A DNA stretch of 39,574 nt, from NCBI GenBank assembly GCA_051003195.1, contig JBPCLP010000027.1, positions 1-39,574 on the forward strand, written 5' to 3'. The translations under genes were made by a program, and so were the position numbers. Within the stretch, counting starts at the first letter, position 1, and every line of letters begins with the position of its first letter. This DNA is from Candidatus Sumerlaeaceae bacterium. GTDB taxonomy: Bacteria; Sumerlaeota; Sumerlaeia; Sumerlaeales; Sumerlaeaceae. Below the pieces are notes generated by a model, which was given only the letters and a program-made list of their open reading frames with translations, was not told the DNA's origin and made no database searches. This document shows positions 11,001-17,864 of this stretch, piece after piece.

Positions 11001-11766
11001 GCGTGAAATCTACGATGCAGTTCTTGGTTCCGCAGATAAAGGCAAGGCGACGACTTCGTCTGCCACGCAGGTAAGTGCAGTTGGCGCCCGAGATGCCGCG
11101 CCGCGCATCGTCAGCACGTTACCGCCCGTCGGCGCAACCGACGTCGATCCTGCTACCACGGCCATTGTCGTCACTTTCGATCGCGACATGGCGCCGGGTT
11201 ACTCCTGGACGGGAAGCGAGAATTATCCACCGTCGCCAAACGGAAAAGGTGAATCGTACTGGCAGGATAAGCGCACGTGCGTGAAGCCAGTCCAACTCGA
11301 AGCCGGCAATTACTACCGGGTTGGCATTAACTCCACAAGCTACCAGAACTTCCGGTCGGTGGATGGCACCCCCGCAGACCCATCTGCGATTTATTTTACG
11401 ACGCATGGGGCAAGCGACGAACTGAAGGCCAAGGTTCGAAAGCCGGGGATTGTTTCCATAAACCCGCCAGACGGCGCAACGGACGTGGACCCGGCACGGA
11501 CAGAAATCGTGGTCACATTCGACGTGCCGATGGGTAGCGGCTTTTCGTGGACAGGTGGAGGCGACAACTTCCCGGGCGAGGTGGAAGGCAAGCGGCCATC
11601 ATGGAGTGCGGACAAAAAAAACTGCACGCTACCGGTTTCGCTTAAGCCGGCACACGAGTACCGGCTGGGACTGAACAGTGTCTCGTACAAGAACTTCACA
11701 AGCGAAGGCGGGGTCGCGCTGGAGCCGGTGGAGTATCGGTTCAGCACACGCGTAGCAAGCAACTAA
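8074..11766 (+). CDS. BlaR1-like M56 metallopeptidase sensor with HEAT-like repeats and two C-terminal Ig-like (Big_5/SbsA-type) domains
   Basis: ATGA overlap with the repressor. RHALWLLVLLK, SPFLCGLLRPRVVLP, HELTH (HExxH), WFHPLMW, REERENACD. Helical repeats, then two 'P..GATDVDP...I.VTFD..M' domains. Confidence 0.9.
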   Translation: MNGSGNWNSWAIQASWQLALFVGAIALLALLCRNCSARLRHALWLLVLLKVFLPPGLSAPWSIGSYARDYLPEVEPPLEVLTRPEPREQQPLLAQAQMDSPATAYASSSVSASSPVAETGALSETAAQKKGLMPQWTRPQWLFAGWGFGIAAYLTIVAIPYLLLTRKLRLARRIEEGPLAVQFQQLALRFCPMRRTPALLISEHISSPFLCGLLRPRVVLPPGSLTELTPEQLENVLLHELTHWHRRDVLVGWLQVAAQALFWFHPLMWFANARLREERENACDEQVIVSGYSEPRSYADSLLKVLLASRGRSSASPGFLGIFERSTRLQHRLQRILKQEQQTRTLGAWGYGVIVAAAVLLIPMAATRRAIAETTATTTMTSSESTGGTADSLLNETQRAYVEWTIRQFGPDPDPSRYDASSDAEKQEMENRWLTIVEGPEGPEVHGAISGLAALRSKTALQPLLRIASERREKNNRGRWMAIRALSLLGDKSVVPDLIHLSYHPNQNTRMWAQIALVRLTGQNFGYEWQKWGDWWNAQGGNPPFKDAKVQWMERPEDQIYMDTEKQQQTDREFLQKYRPQKVETAISAESPTSGTMAAGPFAWQSTEPYEPPNFDKYFPDDKQASARLIERWKTLKDPFEGISDGEILQMIRQGLRGFRLNTGPDQVIRDLGNQYIWNKRPQNPEAIEIMYHASDFRGANNTPHTRGWAVYFGLSVVKPKTPAILRTLVDLCIVVDDPNDLSRVAWGARDQEKDLLKHLEPYLSSSDATVRTKAQALRKIFRDELNAFSWYGEFRKERAQRLYADKLPEYVKKLREGNSKERLETFRYLHQEGIGSLLDPVEALEIYTVCANDADSKVRKEIAIQAGGLAGYLAHMEVEGETTASEPAKRVLDLLFVLSRDPEREVRYYAVYSGLSTMTPKPEPVVRRLLEIAFEDREHNMFSRITWGLRGEKEKVRLLLDAYIAGDDPKKAAAAREIYDAVLGSADKGKATTSSATQVSAVGARDAAPRIVSTLPPVGATDVDPATTAIVVTFDRDMAPGYSWTGSENYPPSPNGKGESYWQDKRTCVKPVQLEAGNYYRVGINSTSYQNFRSVDGTPADPSAIYFTTHGASDELKAKVRKPGIVSINPPDGATDVDPARTEIVVTFDVPMGSGFSWTGGGDNFPGEVEGKRPSWSADKKNCTLPVSLKPAHEYRLGLNSVSYKNFTSEGGVALEPVEYRFSTRVASN

Positions 11767-11796
11767 ACAATCCGGTATTTGACGAAAGGAACGACG

Positions 11797-12915
11797 ATGG
11801 TATTCTATAAACGCGACACGTCCTGCTACGCGCCGATCCGTAGAACTGCTGCATGGATCGGCGTGGCTGTCGGGCTTGGCATTCCTGGCGCTGCTGTGGC
11901 GCAATCCGCTGCGGGAACGGCGCCGCGGATAATTGGTGCCTACCCGCAGGTCGGCTCGACGACAGTCGATCCCGCAACCACCGCAATCATGGTTCAATTC
12001 GACCGCGACATGGGCGGCGGAATGTCGTGGACCGGCGGCGGGCCCGAGTTTCCAAAAATTCCAGAAGGTGCCAAGGGCTATTGGCGCGACAAACGAACAT
12101 GCGTGCTACCGGTACATTTGCAGCCTGGCAGTTCCTATCGTGTAGGGATTAATGCTCCCAACTTTCAAAACTTTAAATCGGCTGAGGGTATTCCCGTCAT
12201 CCCGACCGCCTTGCACTTTACAACCACGGGCAATGGCGGTGCTGCTGTCCAATCGGCTGCCAGGGCTCCGCAGATTGTCAGCATGTCACCGGCGAACGGC
12301 GCAACGGACGTTGATCCGGCGCTTATAGGCATCCAGGTCACTTTCGACACCGACATGGCTGGAGGTATGTCCTGGACGGGCGGCGGGCCCGAGTTTCCGA
12401 AAATCCCGGAAGGAGCGAAGGGTTACTGGCGGGATAAGAGAACATGTATTCTGCCGGTCCAATTGCAGCCGGGAAGCTCCTACCGCGTGGGAATCAATGC
12501 CCCCAGCTTTCAGAATTTCAAATCCGTCGCCGGCGTTCCAGCGCCGCAAGCGGTCCTGACATTCAGAACGCGCGGTTCAGCGCCCGCGGGTGGAGCGAAG
12601 GCGCCACAGATTGTGAGCATGACCCCAGCAAATGGTGCGACCGCGGTCGACCCTGCATTGTCGGCTATACAGGTAACTTTCGATACTCCGATGGGCAGCG
12701 GAATGTCGTGGACGGGTGGCGGATCGGCGTATCCAAAAACCCCAGACGGACAACGCCCGGGTTGGAGTGCCGATAAAAAAACGTGTACGCTCCCTGTGAA
12801 ACTGGAAGCCAACCACCAGTACCAGCTGGGGCTGAACAGCGTCTCGTTTAAGAACTTCACCAGTGAGGCTGGTGTGCCGCTGGAGCCAGTTGTCTACACA
12901 TTCAAAACCCGGTGA
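11797..12915 (+). CDS. Secreted protein of three tandem Ig-like (Big_5-type) domains homologous to the upstream sensor's C-terminus
   Basis: AAAGGA SD before ATG 11797, signal peptide ending AVA-Q, three 'AP.I....P..G.T.VDP....I.V.FD..M..GMSWTGGG' repeats. Confidence 0.88.
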   Translation: MVFYKRDTSCYAPIRRTAAWIGVAVGLGIPGAAVAQSAAGTAPRIIGAYPQVGSTTVDPATTAIMVQFDRDMGGGMSWTGGGPEFPKIPEGAKGYWRDKRTCVLPVHLQPGSSYRVGINAPNFQNFKSAEGIPVIPTALHFTTTGNGGAAVQSAARAPQIVSMSPANGATDVDPALIGIQVTFDTDMAGGMSWTGGGPEFPKIPEGAKGYWRDKRTCILPVQLQPGSSYRVGINAPSFQNFKSVAGVPAPQAVLTFRTRGSAPAGGAKAPQIVSMTPANGATAVDPALSAIQVTFDTPMGSGMSWTGGGSAYPKTPDGQRPGWSADKKTCTLPVKLEANHQYQLGLNSVSFKNFTSEAGVPLEPVVYTFKTR

Positions 12916-13004
12916 TCTACACTTCACCACGTGTGTCGGAAAACCGGGACCAGTAAAGCCCTTACTGCTTGCAGCAACACGTCTAAAATCGCAACATCCA
13001 TGCA

Positions 13005-13265
13005 ATGTACCTTTACGCCTACGTCCTTGTCGAAGTTCTCGTCGCCTGCGGGCTGGTCATTCTGTTGCCACGCACAGCGTGCCTTTGGCTGGCAGCAATC
13101 TTTCTCGCGGCTGGCATTGCGCTGCCCGCAATCCTGATTGCGTATGCGAATGCTTTTATTCCCGGCGACCGCAGCAGCTTTGGTATGTTTGCCACCATCT
13201 GCGCAGCGGTTTTAGCGCTGCCCGGTATTATCATGGCACTAGGCGGCTTGCTGAAAGGCCGCTGA
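13005..13265 (+). CDS. Small hypothetical membrane protein (~3 TM)
   Basis: 86-aa, strongly hydrophobic ORF filling the gap between the operon and holA. Confidence 0.55.
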   Translation: MYLYAYVLVEVLVACGLVILLPRTACLWLAAIFLAAGIALPAILIAYANAFIPGDRSSFGMFATICAAVLALPGIIMALGGLLKGR

Positions 13266-13306
13266 CAAAGCCACGAAGTGCTTAGTTAGTGCAGGCAGGT
13301 AAGTCG

Positions 13307-14290
13307 TCAGGCAGCCTGTCGCGCTGCCGGTGTGGCGAATTCCAGGATCCACAATTCAGAGAGCAGTGGCTTGTCTGGCACGTATGGATCGCTGTTAAGC
13401 GGGATCGCAAATTTCTGGAGTGTCAGCAGCCGTTCGTACCCACCCAGCAGTTCCTGGAACGAAAAATTCTGTGCGGCACGAGTGAGCTTTTCCTGGCGCC
13501 AGTCCGGCGTCAGCGCGAACAGGTTTTTGTCCCGGTCGCCGGGCATGAACTCTTGCATGTAGCGTTGTTTTGTCACACCACGCGATTGAAGCTGTCCGCT
13601 GACCGCGGTCTTCGCCTGCAGCAAAAGCCGTAGTTGCGCGGCAAGCTGCGTATACGGCTTTGGCGAACCCGGTGCGCGGCGCAACCAGTCGCGCCATAGC
13701 TGTAGCGCTTTCTGCGGCTGGCGCGCGAACAGCGCATCGAAAAAAGCGAACTGCGGGCTCTCCTCCTTAAATTGCCGAGCCCCGCCGCTCTGCACCGCAA
13801 GCGCCACCACGGGGTTGCCCGTCGAGACGCGCTTCCATTTTTCGTAGTCCTCGATGGCGATGACAATGAGTACCGCGGGTAACTTTGGCAGCTCCGCCGT
13901 AAGGAACTCTGCCATGTGGTCGCTCGCCGAGCGCTTGGGCTGCGGTTCGGCGGCGGCTTTAGCGGCTTTTTTCCCGCGCGGCTTTGGCGCTTTCCCATCG
14001 AAAAAGTCGTTCACCGTGTAGAGCGTCACCACACGGCTGATGTCTGGCAGGAATGAAACCGTGGACAACTCAGAGACCAGGTCGCCCAGCACCTTTTTAA
14101 GCGCTGGCGGAGAACCCGACGGAATGATCTCCCGGTAGTTTTCTTCCCGCTCCTCCTGGCTGAGGTGGGCTTCCACGATTGCGTGCTTAAAGTTCTCAAT
14201 GGCGGCCTGGTCGTCGCCATAGAGGAAGTGGAACTTCAGTTTTTTGTCCACTTTTGGGACTGGTTTTGTTACTGGTTTACTGGCTGACAT
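13307..14290 (-). CDS. holA: DNA polymerase III delta subunit (HolA-like)
   Basis: FHFLYGDD, 'ELSTVSFL...RVV', 'FAFFDALFARQPQKAL', 'LAAQLRLLLQAK', 'EKLTRAAQNFSFQEL', C-terminal 'LSELWILEF'. Divergent, but the overall pattern fits. Confidence 0.75.
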   Translation of the reverse strand: MSASKPVTKPVPKVDKKLKFHFLYGDDQAAIENFKHAIVEAHLSQEEREENYREIIPSGSPPALKKVLGDLVSELSTVSFLPDISRVVTLYTVNDFFDGKAPKPRGKKAAKAAAEPQPKRSASDHMAEFLTAELPKLPAVLIVIAIEDYEKWKRVSTGNPVVALAVQSGGARQFKEESPQFAFFDALFARQPQKALQLWRDWLRRAPGSPKPYTQLAAQLRLLLQAKTAVSGQLQSRGVTKQRYMQEFMPGDRDKNLFALTPDWRQEKLTRAAQNFSFQELLGGYERLLTLQKFAIPLNSDPYVPDKPLLSELWILEFATPAARQAA

Positions 14291-14319
14291 TTGCCTTAGG
14301 ATTCTGTAAAAGTTTCCCG

Positions 14320-14467
14320 CTGCCAACTGGAATCGTATCTCGACCGGGACAGCAAAGCAGTTAGGTTCGAAGGAGGAGTTTACCCCGGCGAACCGTCCCG
14401 TTCTGGCAATCACCTTCACCCCACCCGCGTCTATAGAGGACTGGTCTATCTACTAGATATAGACGCG
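14320..14467. other. Candidate structured RNA/DNA element between divergent holA and hemB
   Basis: Nested complementarity TGCCA/TGGCA, GGGAC/GTCCC, GGTTCG/CGAACC, then a 10-bp perfect inverted repeat CGCGTCTATA (14426-14435)/TATAGACGCG (14458-14467). Confidence 0.4.
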
Positions 14468-14506
14468 CCGCGAATGAAATAAGCGCCGTATTGCAGTGGG
14501 AAGCCG

Positions 14507-15484
14507 ATGAGCACGACCCGACTCCGCCGATTGCGCATGTCACCTCAGGTGCGTGCGCTGTTCACCGAGACGCGTCTCGCGCTGGATGACCTTGTCTATC
14601 CGCTGTTCGTCGTCGAGGGAAGCGGAATCCGGCGTGAGATTGCATCGATGCCCGGTATCTACAATCTGTCATTGGACGAACTGGAGAACGAGTCGCGCGA
14701 ACTGGCCGATCTGGGACTTCGCGCTGTGCTCCTGTTCGGCATACCGGACGTTAAGGACGAACACGGCAGTGGCGCGTATGCGGAAAATGGCATCGTGCAG
14801 CGCGCCGTGCAGACCATCAAGCGCGCCGCACCGGGGCTGTTCGTCATTACGGACGTTTGCCTGTGCGAGTACACATCTCACGGTCATTGTGGGTTGCTTG
14901 AACACGATAAAATCATCAACGACGCAACCGTCGAACTGCTGGCAAAAACGGCCGTGTCGCAGGCAGCGGCCGGATCAGACATGATTGCGCCGTCGGATAT
15001 GATGGACCTTCGGATCGGGCACATTCGGCGCGCACTGGACGACACCGGATTCAGTGATTTGCCAATCATGGCCTATAGCACCAAATTTGCCTCGGCCTTT
15101 TATGGTCCGTTTCGCGAGGCCGCGCAAAGCACGCCGGCGTTTGGAGACCGCAAGAGTCACCAGCTCAATCCGGCAAACCTGCGCGAAGCGTTGCGCGAAG
15201 CCGCTGCAGACATTGAAGAAGGCGCGGATGCGCTGATCGTAAAACCAGCAATGTGTTACCTGGATATCTTGAGCGAGCTGCGTAACCGATATGATGTGCC
15301 ACTCGCCGCGTATCACGTGAGCGGAGAGTATGCGATGATTAAAGCCGCAGCGGACCGCGGCTGGATTGATGAAGCGCGAGCTGCCTGGGAGACGCTCATT
15401 TCCATCCGGCGCGCGGGTGCGGATTTAATCATTACCTATTTTGCGAAGGATATCGCGAACGGCAAGCTGAAGTATATCTACTGA
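14507..15484 (+). CDS. hemB: Porphobilinogen synthase (Zn-dependent ALA dehydratase)
   Basis: DVCLCEYTSHGHCG Zn site, APSDMMD, FYGPFREA, VKPA, AYHVSGEY, RRAGADLIITYFA. Confidence 0.97.
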   Translation: MSTTRLRRLRMSPQVRALFTETRLALDDLVYPLFVVEGSGIRREIASMPGIYNLSLDELENESRELADLGLRAVLLFGIPDVKDEHGSGAYAENGIVQRAVQTIKRAAPGLFVITDVCLCEYTSHGHCGLLEHDKIINDATVELLAKTAVSQAAAGSDMIAPSDMMDLRIGHIRRALDDTGFSDLPIMAYSTKFASAFYGPFREAAQSTPAFGDRKSHQLNPANLREALREAAADIEEGADALIVKPAMCYLDILSELRNRYDVPLAAYHVSGEYAMIKAAADRGWIDEARAAWETLISIRRAGADLIITYFAKDIANGKLKYIY

Positions 15485-15526
15485 ACGCGCCAGACTGACA
15501 GACGGTCTCTGACTCGTTGTCCGCTT

Positions 15527-16294
15527 TCAGGATTCGCGCTTAACCAGTAAATAATTCGGGCACCTGGCCACCAGATCGTAGGGATGATTTGCGAGTGCTT
15601 CCTGCACAACCTTGTTAACCTCGAATGGGGAATCATCCGCTGAATCGTCGAAAAGGATAAAACCTCCGGGCGTAAGAAAGCTGTCTGTGTTTAAAAAGTC
15701 TTTTTTCGCCTGCTTGTAGGTGTGGTTGCCGTCGATATAACAAAACCCAATTGCCCCGCCCGGACAGACGGTGCGTTTGAATACATCGTCGACCTCGGCG
15801 CCGCTGCTCCAGGCTTGGAAAAACTCATCTGAAAGCATTTCGAGCGTATATGGCAAATCGTGTCTGCTGAAGGTTCGAAGATTGCGCAGAAAGGAGTCTC
15901 GCACATGCATACGAAACTCCCCAAAAGTCAGCCCGCCATCACCCATGGGGCGGCCTGGAGCGTCGGCGCCTTCAAACTGCCATTTATCACATGTAAAAAA
16001 CCTGGCGGAGCAACCGTGGCGCCGGCGTGCCCATGTAATCACATTGGTGGATAATCCACAGAACGAGCCAATTTCGACAACCTGTGAGCCTGCCGGCAAA
16101 TGCTGTATGGCGTAATCGATCGCGCGAATGTTTCCCGGTTCCAGCATTCCGGCGATGGCAAAACGCATCCAGTTTAAAAGTTCGTCGGCAGGTATCTCTG
16201 GAAGGGTTTGATCCGGGCGTGGACCAGCTCCATGAGATAATGAGCTAATCACGCTCTTAGTCCAAGGTAAAATTCCCAACCTGCTCACCTGCAT
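15527..16294 (-). CDS. Class I SAM-dependent methyltransferase (Methyltransf_24-like)
   Basis: VVEIGSFCGLST, YIDGNHTY, LTPGGFILFDD. Start uncertain. Confidence 0.85.
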   Translation of the reverse strand: MQVSRLGILPWTKSVISSLSHGAGPRPDQTLPEIPADELLNWMRFAIAGMLEPGNIRAIDYAIQHLPAGSQVVEIGSFCGLSTNVITWARRRHGCSARFFTCDKWQFEGADAPGRPMGDGGLTFGEFRMHVRDSFLRNLRTFSRHDLPYTLEMLSDEFFQAWSSGAEVDDVFKRTVCPGGAIGFCYIDGNHTYKQAKKDFLNTDSFLTPGGFILFDDSADDSPFEVNKVVQEALANHPYDLVARCPNYLLVKRES

Positions 16295-16402
16295 CGTCCT
16301 CGCAAAGGATCTAATCTGAACCTCGGGATCAAGACACGCAAAATTGAACGGGGTCAATAAATTGGATTGCGCTAAGCCACTGGGCGAAAAACATAAAGTG
16401 TC

Positions 16403-17491
16403 ATGTTAGATAACAAAGAACGCTTAAAAACAATATGGGTGCTTTGCGGTGGCCCGTCAGTCGAGCACGAAGTTTCACTGAGTTCCGCCAAGGTCGTTTG
16501 CGAGCGGATCGGCCTGAAAAACAGGCGGGTTCGACCGGTCATAGTAACGCGCCAGTGCGGTTGGTTGATCGCTAGTCGGTGCCTCGAGGACAAAAGTGAT
16601 CGTTCGTGGTTGAACGAATTTTTCGGCCGCGCGGGCGCCGAATGGGAAACGCGCAGCGTTAGTATCGCGCTGGCGCTCACGCGAATGCTTGAGGACCGGG
16701 TCGACTGCGCGCTTCTGGTGTTCCACGGCGACTACGGTGAGGATGGACGTATACAGGGATTTCTTCAGACAGCGGGCATTCCCTATACCGGGTCAGGCAT
16801 CCTGGGCTCCGCAATCGCATTGAACAAGGCGGTCGCCATTGCCACCTTTGCGCGCGCAGGTTTGCAGGTGGCGCGTAGTATCGTCGTTAACCGGCAGAAT
16901 CCGCTTCCCGCCGGATTGGTGGAACTAAAGCTGCCGCTGTTCACCAAGCCGGTGCACGGCGGCTCGAGCCTCGGCGTCACGCTGGTGAAGAACGCAGACG
17001 AGCTTCAGGGCGGCGTAATGCATGCGCTGGAATACGACGACGAGGCGCTGATCGAGGAGAAAATTGAAGGGGTGGAAGTTTCCTGCGGAGTGCTGGACCT
17101 GCTGGAAGACGGGCAGATTGTGACGCGCGCGATGCCGCCCACGCTTATCAGCCCGACAGAGGCGGAATTTTTCGACTACGATGCGAAGTACGTTCCCGGA
17201 AAGTCGAAGGACGTAACCCCGGCGCCGCTGCCGCCCGATGTGATCGAGTCCATCCAGGATTACGCGATGCGTGCGCACAAGGTGCTTAACTGTGAGGGGA
17301 TGTCGCGAACGGACATGATTGTGAAGCAGGAGGCGGGATCGGTGCCTACAATTCTCGAAACCCAGACCATCCCGGGTATGACTCCCACCTCCCTGCTGCC
17401 ACAGCAGTGCGCCGCTGTTGGAATCGACTTCGCAAAGTTCCTGGATCACCTGATCACGCACGCTATGCACCGGGCCGGCCGGCTCAATTGA
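16403..17491 (+). CDS. ddl: D-alanine--D-alanine ligase
   Basis: GGPSVEHEVSLSS, HGDYGEDG, GIPYTGSG, KPVHGGSSLGV, FFDYDAKY, RTD, TIPGMTPTSLLP. Confidence 0.93.
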   Translation: MLDNKERLKTIWVLCGGPSVEHEVSLSSAKVVCERIGLKNRRVRPVIVTRQCGWLIASRCLEDKSDRSWLNEFFGRAGAEWETRSVSIALALTRMLEDRVDCALLVFHGDYGEDGRIQGFLQTAGIPYTGSGILGSAIALNKAVAIATFARAGLQVARSIVVNRQNPLPAGLVELKLPLFTKPVHGGSSLGVTLVKNADELQGGVMHALEYDDEALIEEKIEGVEVSCGVLDLLEDGQIVTRAMPPTLISPTEAEFFDYDAKYVPGKSKDVTPAPLPPDVIESIQDYAMRAHKVLNCEGMSRTDMIVKQEAGSVPTILETQTIPGMTPTSLLPQQCAAVGIDFAKFLDHLITHAMHRAGRLN

Positions 17492-17823
17492 GCAGTGGTG
17501 GTGATCCGGCAGCCCAAGGTCCGGTGGCAACCATCAGTCTCGGCGATCAACTCGCGGTCGAGAGGACTTTGCTGGCAAACGAGCGCACCCTGTTGGCGTA
17601 TATCCGTACTTCTCTTGCGCTGCTTGCGGGGTCAATTACGCTGCTTAAGTTCTTTAGCAGCAGTGGCATGCATATGCTTGGGTACATTCTGTTGCCCCTC
17701 GGGGTGGGCACCCTGGTTGTGGGCCTTATGAACTTCTATGACGTCCGGGTCAGGGTCGCGGAAATGCAGACCGCAGAGCGCCTCGCGAAAAAGCGCGCAC
17801 AAACACACTCCCTGGACCTATAA
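17488..17823 (+). CDS. DUF202 / YidH-like inner membrane protein
   Basis: LAVERTLLANERTLLAYIRTSLAL. TTG start overlaps the ddl stop (TTGA). Confidence 0.88.
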   Translation: MSSGGDPAAQGPVATISLGDQLAVERTLLANERTLLAYIRTSLALLAGSITLLKFFSSSGMHMLGYILLPLGVGTLVVGLMNFYDVRVRVAEMQTAERLAKKRAQTHSLDL

Positions 17824-17828
17824 TTCCT

Positions 17829-17858
17829 TTGATTTCAATTTCGCCCGGGAAGTAGTTT
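17829..17858 (+). promoter_or_regulatory. Putative leaderless promoter for the TPR gene
   Basis: TTGATT-N18-TAGTTT, 6 nt before ATG 17865, with no SD. Confidence 0.4.
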
Positions 17859-17864
17859 CTTCGC

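Noticed and set aside
8074..11766. Beta-lactam resistance locus
   Set aside because: No penicillin-binding sensor domain is recognisable, and there is no beta-lactamase or mecA nearby.
14330..14420. Cobalamin riboswitch, SRP or 6S RNA call for the holA/hemB spacer
   Set aside because: Only fragmentary resemblance. The B12 GGGAA and GCnACTG elements, the SRP CAGG-GNRA-AGCAG motif and a 6S-type end-to-end closing stem are absent.
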